From IMG/VR virus record IMGVR_UViG_2061766007_000271: a DNA stretch of 64,000 nt. The stretch is one strand, 5' to 3'. The notes under the pieces are model-generated. The model was given only the letters and a program-made list of their open reading frames with translations. It was not told the DNA's origin and did no database searches. The position numbers and the translations under genes are program-made. Position 1 is the first letter of the stretch. The number at the start of each line of letters is the position of its first letter. This document shows, piece by piece, positions 10,821 through 20,603 of the stretch. This DNA is from an uncultured virus (IMG/VR IMGVR_UViG_2061766007_000271) (lineage: Duplodnaviria; Heunggongvirae; Uroviricota; Caudoviricetes).

Positions 10821-11464
10821 AACGCATTCCCTTGTTCAAAAAGTTTATCACCATTTTCAATGAGATTCAGACTTACAATCGACCTCACATTGAACTCACC
10901 GACAAGCAACGCATTGTGGCAATCCATCCTTTCGCACATGTAAAAATGACCTTTCTTGAACGAGCCGTCAGGAGTGCTTTCCAGCATCCTGACAATCTTG
11001 TTGTTGCCATTCTTGATATTCTTGATGAAATCAAAATTCGATGCCACTTGATTCCACAGTTTTCTGAATTGCTCATAGCAAACAGAATTAACATTCGCAT
11101 CATATACAGGACTGAGAAATTCATAAAATTCATTTCTCTCGCTCTGAGTCATGTCTTTCCAAATCCACCTGAATTCCTCTTTATACATCTCCTGAATAAG
11201 CTGAACCAATCCATGAAATGAATTCACACTTGAAACCGTAGTATTATTGCCATAAATGGACAATACATCTTTCATGGATTCAAATTTCTGACACTTATTG
11301 ATGCCGTACAATGAATTATCGCCCTTTCTCCACTTCTTGATAGTAGTACCATTCTGATGCTCCATTGAAAACGAATCATATGATTTTGTTACAAAAATCA
11401 ATACGCCGACATCATTTCCATCCACATTTTTAACAGAACTAGAATAAAATATTTTCATTTTCAA
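10817..11464 (-). CDS. hypothetical protein, IVRM...FKKGxFY paralog family
   Basis: KIVRM...FKKGHFYMCE; similar to the next gene over its full length. Confidence 0.8.
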   Translation of the reverse strand: MKMKIFYSSSVKNVDGNDVGVLIFVTKSYDSFSMEHQNGTTIKKWRKGDNSLYGINKCQKFESMKDVLSIYGNNTTVSSVNSFHGLVQLIQEMYKEEFRWIWKDMTQSERNEFYEFLSPVYDANVNSVCYEQFRKLWNQVASNFDFIKNIKNGNNKIVRMLESTPDGSFKKGHFYMCERMDCHNALLVGEFNVRSIVSLNLIENGDKLFEQGNAL

Positions 11465-11469
11465 TTTCC

Positions 11470-12090
11470 TTATACAAGCAACTTATCACCATTTTCGATA
11501 TAGTTTAAACTAATCCATGTTCTCGTTTGATTGCCCCCTATAAGTAATGCGATTCCACCATCCACCTTCTCGCATACATAAAAATTACCTTTCTTAAATG
11601 TGCCATCGTCACTGTTCTTAATCATCCTGACAATCTTGTTATGACTGTTGCTGATGTATTTGAGAAACTCGAAATTCGGTGAAACCGTGTTCCATGTCTT
11701 CCTGAACTGCTCATAGGTCACAAATTTATCATTCGCATCATATACAGGACTGAAAAAAGCATAAAATTCGTCTCTTTCACCCTGGTTCATGCTTTTCCAA
11801 ATCCACTTGTTTTTTTCATTGTGTAAACCTCGGATAAGACCAATCAACGCATAGAATGAATTAGTCCCAGAAACGGTATCATTCCCATAAGTGGAAAGCA
11901 CTTCTTTCATGGACTTGAAACAAGAACACTCGCTGATGTTGAAAATCGCTTCACTGTCTTTTCTCAATTGCATTATGTTAGTGCCACAGCGATTCTCAAT
12001 CGAAAAGAACCGACCCTCATTTGATACAAGAATCAACTTGTAAACAACGAATCCTTCCTGATTATGGACATCTGCAAAAAATATTGACAT
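11470..12090 (-). CDS. hypothetical protein, IVRM...FKKGxFY paralog family
   Basis: KIVRM...FKKGNFYVCE. Confidence 0.8.
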   Translation of the reverse strand: MSIFFADVHNQEGFVVYKLILVSNEGRFFSIENRCGTNIMQLRKDSEAIFNISECSCFKSMKEVLSTYGNDTVSGTNSFYALIGLIRGLHNEKNKWIWKSMNQGERDEFYAFFSPVYDANDKFVTYEQFRKTWNTVSPNFEFLKYISNSHNKIVRMIKNSDDGTFKKGNFYVCEKVDGGIALLIGGNQTRTWISLNYIENGDKLLV

Positions 12091-12109
12091 TTTTCAAACT
12101 CCTTTGTAA

Positions 12110-12319
12110 TTATGAAAACGACAATTTCATTCCATTTTCAATCATTTCAAGCGGAATAAAATATACCTTGTTATCATATCCAATCAATTGAGCCGACAAA
12201 AAATTGACATGTTCACAGACATAGAAATTCCCTTTCTTGAAAGTAACATCAGTCTTGGAACTTGGGAAGTAAATCGAATAGTTTTGCGCCATCCTGACGA
12301 TAATGTTCTTGTTAGGCAT
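12110..12319 (-). CDS. stand-alone copy of the IVRM...FKKGxFY domain (69 aa)
   Basis: IIVRM...FKKGNFYVCE...IENG. Confidence 0.75.
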   Translation of the reverse strand: MPNKNIIVRMAQNYSIYFPSSKTDVTFKKGNFYVCEHVNFLSAQLIGYDNKVYFIPLEMIENGMKLSFS

Positions 12320-12331
12320 TTTCAGATTCCT

Positions 12332-13081
12332 TTACTGTTGTGGATACGATTGCTTTAACTTTTCTCCATTTTCAACATAACCCATCGGGACAAGATATAC
12401 GTGACCGTCATATCCTGTCAATTCAAAGCACTTATAGCAATGAGAGGCATTTTTGCAGAAATAGAATTTCCCTTTTTCAAAAAGAAAACTCCTGTCGATA
12501 TTAACATTCGCGTCCTTCCATTTGAATGTGCCGTTGTAATCGTTTATCATCCTGACTATTCTTTGCTTGCCGTCCGTTTTCACTTCATCCATGAGAAACC
12601 AAAACCTATCGACAATCTTGTAAAGATGGTCATCCACGAACATCTTTTCCTTATCCGTCAATGAAAGCGGTCTCATGAAGAAAAACAGCTTTCGGAATTC
12701 GTCTTTCGTCGAATCGGTCATGCTGTCCCACACGAGGTGCCTGTTGTTCTTGAAATTCAATTCATTAAGAAGACGCAGGAATGCCTTTGCCCTTTCAAGG
12801 TCCTCCCCTTTTCCTGAATACCAAAGTCCCGCATAACGCTTGATAATGGAAAGCAAATCCGTAACTGGCTCCGTTTCATAACCCACATTGCGGTCGTTGC
12901 ACGTCCTGAACCAGTTGAAGCCGATGTCTTTGTCGCCATCGTCCGAAGGACGGTCATACCATTTGGGTTCGACAATTCTTGTCGCTTCGTACATCGTGTC
13001 AGGACTGATTTCAAAACGAAGCATGTTCGTCACTATGCCACCGTGAATGTACCTATGTGAAAAGAATATTTGCATTTTCAA
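12332..13081 (-). CDS. hypothetical protein, IVRM...FxKGxFY paralog family
   Basis: RIVRM...FEKGKFYFCK...VENG. Confidence 0.8.
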   Translation of the reverse strand: MKMQIFFSHRYIHGGIVTNMLRFEISPDTMYEATRIVEPKWYDRPSDDGDKDIGFNWFRTCNDRNVGYETEPVTDLLSIIKRYAGLWYSGKGEDLERAKAFLRLLNELNFKNNRHLVWDSMTDSTKDEFRKLFFFMRPLSLTDKEKMFVDDHLYKIVDRFWFLMDEVKTDGKQRIVRMINDYNGTFKWKDANVNIDRSFLFEKGKFYFCKNASHCYKCFELTGYDGHVYLVPMGYVENGEKLKQSYPQQ

Positions 13082-13416
13082 ACTCCCTGAAACTCTTTCT
13101 GAATCACATCGCCGTCTCTAATATATTTTATTGGAACAGGATACGCATAATTATCTAAACCATATAAGAAAAGTTTATGACATCCACTCTTTTCACAAAG
13201 ATAGAAGGATTCTTTTTCAAATAGATGTTGATGCTTAACACCTTTTCGTGTTACAATACAAGCCTGATAATCATCAGCCATCCTGACAATTTTCCGTTTT
13301 GCATCAGTCTGAATTTCTTCTTCCTGAATTTCAGTTGTCCGTCTCCATTTTCCTCTTATTTTGACGAAAAAACTGGAAGAGCTGCTATTGCTCACATAGC
13401 CGTTTCTTTCTTTCAT
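13078..13416 (-). CDS. hypothetical protein with RNGYVSNSSSSSF N-terminus plus IVRM...FEKxxFY domain
   Basis: Motifs visible in the translation; first gene after the promoter at 13453. Confidence 0.75.
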   Translation of the reverse strand: MKERNGYVSNSSSSSFFVKIRGKWRRTTEIQEEEIQTDAKRKIVRMADDYQACIVTRKGVKHQHLFEKESFYLCEKSGCHKLFLYGLDNYAYPVPIKYIRDGDVIQKEFQGV

Positions 13417-13541
13417 GTAGGAACTCCTTTGCTATTATCTTTGATTTTAAGATAATATACATCGGAAATGCAAGAATGCAACAAGGGGATGGAAAAATTT
13501 TTCCATCCCCCCGTCATACCCGCTGGATTATATATTGAATG

Positions 13542-14000
13542 TCAGTACAATGTCTGACCGAGGAAATACGTCAAGTAAAGTCTCGTTATCTCCTCTTCAC
13601 AATTGTCTTCGGGAAATCTAACATATGCGGTCTTCTCAGGACATTCGTTTGGTTCAAGCAAATCCGCATCGACGATTTTCTGATGGCAAGTACCATCAAT
13701 GTGCTTTTTAAACACCGCCACGTTCCTGTCCACAGCCTTCAGCGCGTCGAACAATGTGATTTCCTGTTTCACCAGCTTGATAAGCGTGATGATGTTGGTC
13801 TTTCCAACCACCCAGCATTTGAATCCGATTTCCTTTACATCGTCGCGTGGCTCCACGCAATCAACAAGATAGATGTTTCCATTTTCGCTGGATACGAACA
13901 CAATCGGTTCTTCCTCGTATTCAAAAATGGAGAATTCCCTGTTCATGGTCAGCTTGCACAAAATCGGAATCCCGTCTTTTTCAGTGTCGAATATACTCAT
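13542..14000 (-). CDS. hypothetical protein
   Basis: Translationally coupled to the upstream gene (ATGA overlap). Confidence 0.7.
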   Translation of the reverse strand: MSIFDTEKDGIPILCKLTMNREFSIFEYEEEPIVFVSSENGNIYLVDCVEPRDDVKEIGFKCWVVGKTNIITLIKLVKQEITLFDALKAVDRNVAVFKKHIDGTCHQKIVDADLLEPNECPEKTAYVRFPEDNCEEEITRLYLTYFLGQTLY

Positions 14001-14497
14001 TTTTTCATCCTCTCTATTATCCCCGTTGTCGATATGTTTGTCTGAAATTTAAAGAACTTGAATTCAGGCTGTGGCTTCCATGCCATAAGAGCGTCCCTCT
14101 CCCCTTTATCCAGCGTGTCGATGGTATAGTCCCCTCCCTTCACATAGATGTCGGGACGAATCATCTTGAAGATTTCAGTGGCTCTTATTCCATGAAATGC
14201 AACCACCATGTCAACGCATTCAAGGGATTTCAAAACATACATCCTGTCTTCCAGCTTGTTGATGGGACGAGAATTGCCTTTCAGTTGCCTGATGCCGTCA
14301 TCATCGTTGATGGCAACAATCAGAAAGTCCCCCTGCCCTCTTGCGTATTCCAGACATTCAATGTGCCCCCGATGCAGAATATCGAAGCATCCGTTTGTCA
14401 TCACGACTTTCCCTGTCGGAAAATGTTTCACCATATGTTGACATCCTTTGTCTCTCAACTTGTCAAACAATTCGGTATATTCTTCAATACTCATCAT
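13997..14497 (-). CDS. rfaE2: RfaE/HldE domain II-like nucleotidyltransferase (ADP-heptose synthase family)
   Basis: TNGCFDILHRGH (HxGH motif), LKGNSRPIN, PDIYVKGGDY and ISTTGII. Confidence 0.85.
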   Translation of the reverse strand: MMSIEEYTELFDKLRDKGCQHMVKHFPTGKVVMTNGCFDILHRGHIECLEYARGQGDFLIVAINDDDGIRQLKGNSRPINKLEDRMYVLKSLECVDMVVAFHGIRATEIFKMIRPDIYVKGGDYTIDTLDKGERDALMAWKPQPEFKFFKFQTNISTTGIIERMKK

Positions 14498-14547
14498 CGG
14501 GGATTTCTCCTTGTATTACTATACGTTACTTTCCCCTATTATACCTT

Positions 14548-15309
14548 TCAAATGGCGAAAGGCAAATCGCAACGTCGCAATCGTTCATCCATCTCGTCGA
14601 ATTCCGTAGTCACCTTCCCTTCTTCCGTATGCACCGCATTTACGAACACGGGTATGCCAAGCCTGTTGGCATGCGTCACGATTCCTACCATCCATTCCTG
14701 TTTGCATGGAGACGGGTCATCGCCTGTTTCAGCTCCTACAATAATCCATTCCACCTGCTTCAACTGCTCGTCGGTCAGCAATGAATTGACATCTTCCAAA
14801 AGCGGTTCGAATGCCACGAAACGATGCTGGACTGCCTTTGTCGCAATCAAGTCATCCAACCGCTTGACATCATCTCTGCAACATACGCTCACCCCGAAAG
14901 CCATCCTGTCGAATGCAAATGGTTCAAGATGGTTTCGGTTCAAGCGTTTCAGCAAGTCGATGTCGTTGAAATACCGTTTTAGATTGCCTGAGAATTTCGT
15001 CAGGAAAAGATACTTGTTGTACTTGTTCGCATTGCACTTGGTCAATACCGCGTCCACTATCCACTGGTCAACGCCTGTCCCGTTGCGTCTGTCCTGAAAC
15101 AGGTCACTTTGGGTGCATACGGCAATAGTCTGAGGTTTTGAATCAAAATCACGGTACAATTGCTTCTTGTTCACTTTGAATTCGCTGAAGTTGTTCCACG
15201 CCCTCCCCCTGCGCTCCATGAGCGACTTCGCATAACATTTGTCGCATCCTTTGAAATCACCACAGCATCCGAATATCGGATTCCAGCATCTGTCATAATA
15301 CTTAGCCAT
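14548..15309 (-). CDS. phage Gp37/Gp68 (DUF5131)-like radical SAM protein
   Basis: WNPIFGC...GCDKCYA, SDLF, LFLTK, FEPLLE and WIIVGAETG. Confidence 0.85.
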   Translation of the reverse strand: MAKYYDRCWNPIFGCCGDFKGCDKCYAKSLMERRGRAWNNFSEFKVNKKQLYRDFDSKPQTIAVCTQSDLFQDRRNGTGVDQWIVDAVLTKCNANKYNKYLFLTKFSGNLKRYFNDIDLLKRLNRNHLEPFAFDRMAFGVSVCCRDDVKRLDDLIATKAVQHRFVAFEPLLEDVNSLLTDEQLKQVEWIIVGAETGDDPSPCKQEWMVGIVTHANRLGIPVFVNAVHTEEGKVTTEFDEMDERLRRCDLPFAI

Positions 15310-15344
15310 TTCATCATACTCCTTTGTTTTTTAATGGTTTTTAT

Positions 15345-16472
15345 TTAAAACATGACTTCATCATCATCTTCTTTATCGCCTTTGAACGACATCCCGAAAT
15401 ATGTACGCAGGATGTCTTTCAGCTCTTCATCCTGTGCGGAAAATTTCCGACCGCATCCCGTTGCCGTCAAAACATTATAGTTGTCCAACACATTTTTTAC
15501 TTCTTCATCTGAAATGCCATCATTGTGCAAAACATCTAGAATTTCTTCTGCAATTTTATTTTCATTATCCTGATAATTGTTCAATTCCTTCTTTACCGCA
15601 TTGTTTGTTGTTGTCTCGACTTCTTCATCCAAAGAATTAAGAAGCTCTTCCATAAGTTCATCGTCAGATTTTTCATCATCGGATTTTATGGCATTAGTAT
15701 GCTTTATACTATGCTTGTTGGAAGAAGGATTGCTGTTGTTTGAATTCGTCTTCGACGGGGAAAATTCAAGAAAACGGTTCTCGACAGCGACCTTTCCCTT
15801 TGCAGGAACAAGAAGATGCGAAGAGAACATATCAATCCTCTCGACAAGGAGATAGAAGTTATTCTTTACAAGTCCATTTTCGTTTTCACCAATGTACTTT
15901 ACGATTCTCTTCTTATTGCTGTCCTTGTCATTGGTTTTGGACGATGACTGTTTTCTTGTCCCTGTCTTTTTCTTTTGATTCTTCTTCTGAAGCATAGTCT
16001 GCTTCATCAAATCTTCCACGTTTTCCAAAAATCCGACATCTGTAAGACTATCTGATGCGTCATCATCATCATTGTCTTCTGTTTTCCATCCATTAGACAT
16101 CTTTTTCAACATCTTCTTCATAGGAGGAAAATTGGAATTAAAATGGCATAGCATGTTCGTCATGGGAATGCCGAAAAATTCTTCACACAATTCCTTCTTT
16201 TCAATAGAAATCAACTGATTGAATCCTTTTGCGTCAGGATAATCAAGCAACCTGTCAGCTAAATTCTTATCATTCTTCATTTTCAAGAAGTTTTGCATCT
16301 CACTCGCGCCATAAATATTATAAGTATGGTCATAGTGACCATAAAAGTCACTTGCGTTTATGACTTTAAATCCATTTCCGTCATATTCAAAAAGAAAAGT
16401 GCGTCCTGTCTTGAAACTAAAAGTGAAAGCACATTTTTTACCTGTTGTATTGTAATATGCGTCTGCTCTCAT
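15345..16472 (-). CDS. hypothetical protein with an internal divergent IVxx...KxxFY domain
   Basis: KRIVKYIGENENGLVKNNFYLLVE; acidic C-terminus. Confidence 0.75.
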   Translation of the reverse strand: MRADAYYNTTGKKCAFTFSFKTGRTFLFEYDGNGFKVINASDFYGHYDHTYNIYGASEMQNFLKMKNDKNLADRLLDYPDAKGFNQLISIEKKELCEEFFGIPMTNMLCHFNSNFPPMKKMLKKMSNGWKTEDNDDDDASDSLTDVGFLENVEDLMKQTMLQKKNQKKKTGTRKQSSSKTNDKDSNKKRIVKYIGENENGLVKNNFYLLVERIDMFSSHLLVPAKGKVAVENRFLEFSPSKTNSNNSNPSSNKHSIKHTNAIKSDDEKSDDELMEELLNSLDEEVETTTNNAVKKELNNYQDNENKIAEEILDVLHNDGISDEEVKNVLDNYNVLTATGCGRKFSAQDEELKDILRTYFGMSFKGDKEDDDEVMF

Positions 16473-16519
16473 GTCTGTCCTTATCTATTTTCGGCTTGTT
16501 GTCACTAATCCACTTTTAC

Positions 16520-16551
16520 TATAATATGGGGCACATTGTGAAAAAGTCAAG
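16520..16551 (-). promoter_or_regulatory. second promoter class TTGACW...CATATT
   Basis: Minus-strand TTGACTTTTTCACAATGTGCCCCATATTAT; similar copies at 1-30 (-), 37063-37095 (-) and 47085-47114 (+). Confidence 0.65.
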
Positions 16552-16787
16552 AAAAAAGCCGAAAATTCTTACCTGCCGNNNNNNNNNNNNNNNNNNNNNN
16601 NNNNNNNNNNNNNNNNNNNNNNNNNNNNNNNNNNNNACCCTCTCCCCCCCTCCTACGGATAAAATAATAAAAGAGAGGGTTGAGTAAAAATAAAAAGGCG
16701 GTCTCGCAATCCGTCATGGAGTGGAAACAGCGACGAAACACAATCCATGATGGGCGAGACCGCCAATGGTTTTTTATTTCCCGATGG

Positions 16788-18002
16788 TCAGGAAATGTAG
16801 TCGAAATCGGAACTCCGCTTGTTGCTAGCCATGTAGTCCGTTGACCACACCATGCGGATTTCCTCGTTGAACGCAGGTTTGTCAGATTCAGGAAGACCAT
16901 TGTAGATGGCGGTCTTGACGGCACGAGCCATCCAATTGGGCAACTTGTTCTTCCTGAACGTCTTAGCAAGATTGCAAATCGCCACGATGGAACGTGTCGT
17001 GAACAACGTCTCGATTCGCTCGTTGCGGAAAAGGTTGCGGATGTCATCGCGGAACTTCATGAGCCTGTCGGTTTCAAGGTCATCGTTAAGGATGCCGAGC
17101 GCAATCTGCTTTTCAGCCACCTTGTTGTAGCCGAACTCGAAGAAGCCAGTGATTCGGTTTCGCGTGGATTCGTCCATCTTGTTGCCCTGAGCCGTGTAAC
17201 CCATTTGGAAACGACCGCTGTTACCTGTGCCGACCGTATTGCCCGAAAAGAACATCACAAGACCTGGATGGGATTTGACGATTCTGCCCTCGTCAGGAGC
17301 GATTTCCATCGAACGACCCTTGCCACGCTCACGTGGGATTTCCAGCGCACGATTGAAAACTCCGAGGAAGACTTCGGGGAGCATCGCCGCGAATTCGTCT
17401 AGGAAGAAGAACGCAGGTTTGCCGACCACAATCGGCTCTCCGTTCGCATCGAAGACCTGATTTCCGTTTTCATCCAGCTTCGTGCCCTCGATGAACGCCT
17501 TGTACAGAGGTCCTTTCTCGAAGTGGGTGTAGTTCTGCTTCGCCTTTTGGTCAACCGTAACAGACTTGGAACCGTAGAAGTCGTACATGGTCAGACCCTC
17601 GCTACCGTTGACCTGATAGACCTTGACCCCGAATTCCTTTGCCAATTCGTAGATGAATTCGGTCTTGCCTGTGCCCATAGGTCCCGAAAGCATCAGGTTA
17701 GCCATGCCGTCACCGTCAATCGACTGCTGGATGAGGCAACGCACCTCGTCCGCAAAATCGGGCATGATGTATTTGTGGGTGGATGTGGTCTTCTTGACCG
17801 CAGGTGCTGGATTCCGCGTGAAGAGGACGGCATCATTAGCCGTGTCCTCGATGCACACGATTCCCTCCTGCTTCATGCGAACCTTGTCATTCATGAAGCT
17901 GGTTGCTTCACTCTTTTTCAAGGTCACATCGCCTTTCCAAACTTGCTTGACAAGCTCTTCGATGTTCTTGAACGTCATGGTTTCAGTCGCTGTTTCCGCC
18001 AT
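16788..18002 (-). CDS. CobS/CbbQ/MoxR-like AAA+ ATPase
   Basis: Walker A GPMGTGKT, Walker B FFLDEF, GNTVGTG and DESTRNR. Confidence 0.88.
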   Translation of the reverse strand: MAETATETMTFKNIEELVKQVWKGDVTLKKSEATSFMNDKVRMKQEGIVCIEDTANDAVLFTRNPAPAVKKTTSTHKYIMPDFADEVRCLIQQSIDGDGMANLMLSGPMGTGKTEFIYELAKEFGVKVYQVNGSEGLTMYDFYGSKSVTVDQKAKQNYTHFEKGPLYKAFIEGTKLDENGNQVFDANGEPIVVGKPAFFFLDEFAAMLPEVFLGVFNRALEIPRERGKGRSMEIAPDEGRIVKSHPGLVMFFSGNTVGTGNSGRFQMGYTAQGNKMDESTRNRITGFFEFGYNKVAEKQIALGILNDDLETDRLMKFRDDIRNLFRNERIETLFTTRSIVAICNLAKTFRKNKLPNWMARAVKTAIYNGLPESDKPAFNEEIRMVWSTDYMASNKRSSDFDYIS

Positions 18003-18374
18003 TTTGATTCACTCCTTTGATTTGTTAAACTGTTAATCGGATTTTCGTGTCACATCCATAATATACATCCGTTTGTCTAGAATGCAACAACGCAACGCAA
18101 CTTTTTCTAAAAAACGTATTTTTTAGTTTACTAAACTCCAAGCCACGCCACAGCCTTGGCCCCTGACCTTCCGCNNNNNNNNNNNNNNNNNNNNNNNNNN
18201 NNNNNNNNNNNNNNTTCAATATCTTTACCGATTGGTTCTTGTATTAGATATTGAATATCCATTTCATGCGAAGAGATAAAAGAAGAGGACAGGGGCACCA
18301 GCCCCTGTCCTGAGAATCATGCACGTCCGATTACACATCTGGGTGGATGACCATCCACCCCCCTGTCATTGTTC

Positions 18375-18839
18375 TTAGAGAGTCTCCCAACGGTAGCTAG
18401 TCGAACGATGGGTCTCTTCCTTTTCCACTTCCTCAACCTCGACTCCAACGAAATCTTCAAGATGGAATGCCGCAGCAAACGCTTGGTCAAGAGGTTTGTC
18501 GTTTTTGTCGAAGAATGGGAAGAGATTCTCGCAAGTCAGGAAATTGCCATCCTTGTCGCTGAATTGGAGCAAACAGGAATGGGATTTCTTTCCAAACCAA
18601 GACGGTACGTATTTCCCATTATCATCTTTTTCAACATCAAAACTCAATTTGCCATTGCGCTTGTGCTTCTGACCGCCTCTGACTTTCTTTTCATGGTATT
18701 CGATGGAGCGTGTCGTTTCCTTATTAAAGCGATTGTCACTCATCAGAAAGTCAAGCATTTCGGAAAAACTTCCGAACTTGTAGTTGATGGTCTTCGTGAT
18801 TCGGGTCTTGATGAAAACTGATTTGACTGTGGTGCTCAT
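18375..18839 (-). CDS. hypothetical protein, FxxFxEMxxFL...FxGxE family
   Basis: YKFGSFSEMLDFL...FHLEDFVGVE. Confidence 0.75.
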   Translation of the reverse strand: MSTTVKSVFIKTRITKTINYKFGSFSEMLDFLMSDNRFNKETTRSIEYHEKKVRGGQKHKRNGKLSFDVEKDDNGKYVPSWFGKKSHSCLLQFSDKDGNFLTCENLFPFFDKNDKPLDQAFAAAFHLEDFVGVEVEEVEKEETHRSTSYRWETL

Positions 18840-18924
18840 GATGTTAATCTCCTGATTTGTGATTGGTTATTTGGTTGTGATGGTAATATACATCCATTTC
18901 TGTCAATTGCAACAGCACGTAATG

Positions 18925-19359
18925 TTATTCATCCCGATAGTCGCTGCCTTCTTCTTCGTACCGCTTGTTTCTCTTGATGCGGTTATTCTCCTGTTGGAGA
19001 ACGCTTCTTGCACTGACCACATAGAACCAGTGTTCAAGACGTTCATCCGTGTTGAAACGCTGTTCCGCGATGTTTACAGCGTCAGCCAGACGCATCCGCT
19101 CACTGCGTTCGACAAGCTCGAAATGCATCTTGTAGGGTTCTCCGACCCATTTTCCAACGACAAGAATGGCATCGACATTTGGAAACACGCGCTTGAACTC
19201 TTCAAGAGAGTATTCTTTAAGTTCATCAGTGTACTTGTCGAAATTGCTGTCAAGCCATACGTTTTCACCATCACGAGAGTGAGCCACGCCGCCAAGACCA
19301 TAGAAAGCCTTGTTTCTGACCGCATAATCAAGCATTTTGTCTGTAATCTCTTTTTTCAT
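18925..19359 (-). CDS. hypothetical protein
   Basis: GGAG RBS and own promoter. Confidence 0.7.
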   Translation of the reverse strand: MKKEITDKMLDYAVRNKAFYGLGGVAHSRDGENVWLDSNFDKYTDELKEYSLEEFKRVFPNVDAILVVGKWVGEPYKMHFELVERSERMRLADAVNIAEQRFNTDERLEHWFYVVSARSVLQQENNRIKRNKRYEEEGSDYRDE

Positions 19360-19468
19360 TTTCAGAACTCCATCGTCTTATATCTTAAAATCATATTTCA
19401 GGGCAACCGTCCTGTGCGATATTGCAAATATACATCCAATATCGTCAATTGCAACAATGCAGGTCTTC

Positions 19469-19981
19469 TTATTTTGCAATCCGACTGACTTTCTTCTTAT
19501 TCCATTTGTCAGGACTGTCGTTTTCGTAATGCAATTGATTGCCTTTGTCAATGCCAAGATTCCACCATCCGCCAGACCATGTGCCTTTCCACCATGAGCC
19601 TGAATACCATTTGTTCTCATTGCTCTTCCAAAGACCGTTCATCCATGTGCCGTCACGCCAAACACTATCTTCAAACACACCTTTATGCCAAATGCCGTAT
19701 TCCCAAACGGTATTCTTGCAAATGCCATTTTTCCAAGCCCCCCTCCACCACCATGAACCAATCAAAGTGCCATTCTTCCATGTACCTTTCCACCATATCG
19801 CGTCAATCATAGTGCCATTATTCCATATACCGTCATGCCAATAGACATAATGACCTTTTGAAGACAGTTCAAACGTAGCATTCTCGACTTCGCCTTTCGT
19901 TCCATGCCAGTCGATGACACCTGTAAAATTTTCGTATAATCCAGCCTGATTCGCAACGACAACTGATTTTTCCTCACTCAT
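19469..19981 (-). CDS. Trp-rich pentapeptide repeat protein (paralog of 1294-2022)
   Basis: Shares FxGxIDW...VENAxFEL, WxxGx repeats and a DSPDKW end. Confidence 0.85.
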   Translation of the reverse strand: MSEEKSVVVANQAGLYENFTGVIDWHGTKGEVENATFELSSKGHYVYWHDGIWNNGTMIDAIWWKGTWKNGTLIGSWWWRGAWKNGICKNTVWEYGIWHKGVFEDSVWRDGTWMNGLWKSNENKWYSGSWWKGTWSGGWWNLGIDKGNQLHYENDSPDKWNKKKVSRIAK

Positions 19982-20030
19982 AATGACACCTCTTGTTTAA
20001 TTGGAAAATAGACCATTTTCTGACGAATTA

Positions 20031-20414
20031 TCACATTTCAACCACACTTGTGGTTTTGACAGTCTCGATGCCTGTGAAAGCACTAATGACAAAATCGTTT
20101 GCAAAACTCACATTGTCAACCTTGCCATTGCTGTGGGCGTATTTGCCAAGAGAAATCGTGCCGTGAGCCGAGCTGGTCAGGAACAATGACGCAGGAACTG
20201 TCTTGCCCGATGGTTTGTACTTGTCAGAGGCTTTATCATAAGTCTGCACGTAGTTCAACCTCCACACGCCATTGACGATTTCATGTTTCACTGTATTGTT
20301 TTCGGGTAATTCGGATTCATTGTTCTTATCCAAGAATTCCACCATTTCGGCAAGATTCTTGAATGTGAATTCGCGTGTCGTGGTCGTTTGCATCGTTACT
20401 TTTTTAACTTGCAT
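20031..20414 (-). CDS. hypothetical protein, FxxFxEMxxFL family
   Basis: FTFKNLAEMVEFL...FVISAFTGIE; start placed at MQVKK after AGGAG. Confidence 0.75.
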   Translation of the reverse strand: MQVKKVTMQTTTTREFTFKNLAEMVEFLDKNNESELPENNTVKHEIVNGVWRLNYVQTYDKASDKYKPSGKTVPASLFLTSSAHGTISLGKYAHSNGKVDNVSFANDFVISAFTGIETVKTTSVVEM

Positions 20415-20603
20415 AATGTATTCTCCTTTGATTGCTTGCAATTTGTTTGTCTTTCTATAAATATACATCCGAATCCGCAAAATGCAAATGGTTTTGCAAA
20501 CAAAAACGCCCCCTCCCCCCATGAGATACATATTCAATCTGAATGGCGATTTGGATAAAACAAAAAAGCGGAATGAGGAAAAGCCCTCATTCCGCGATTT
20601 CAA

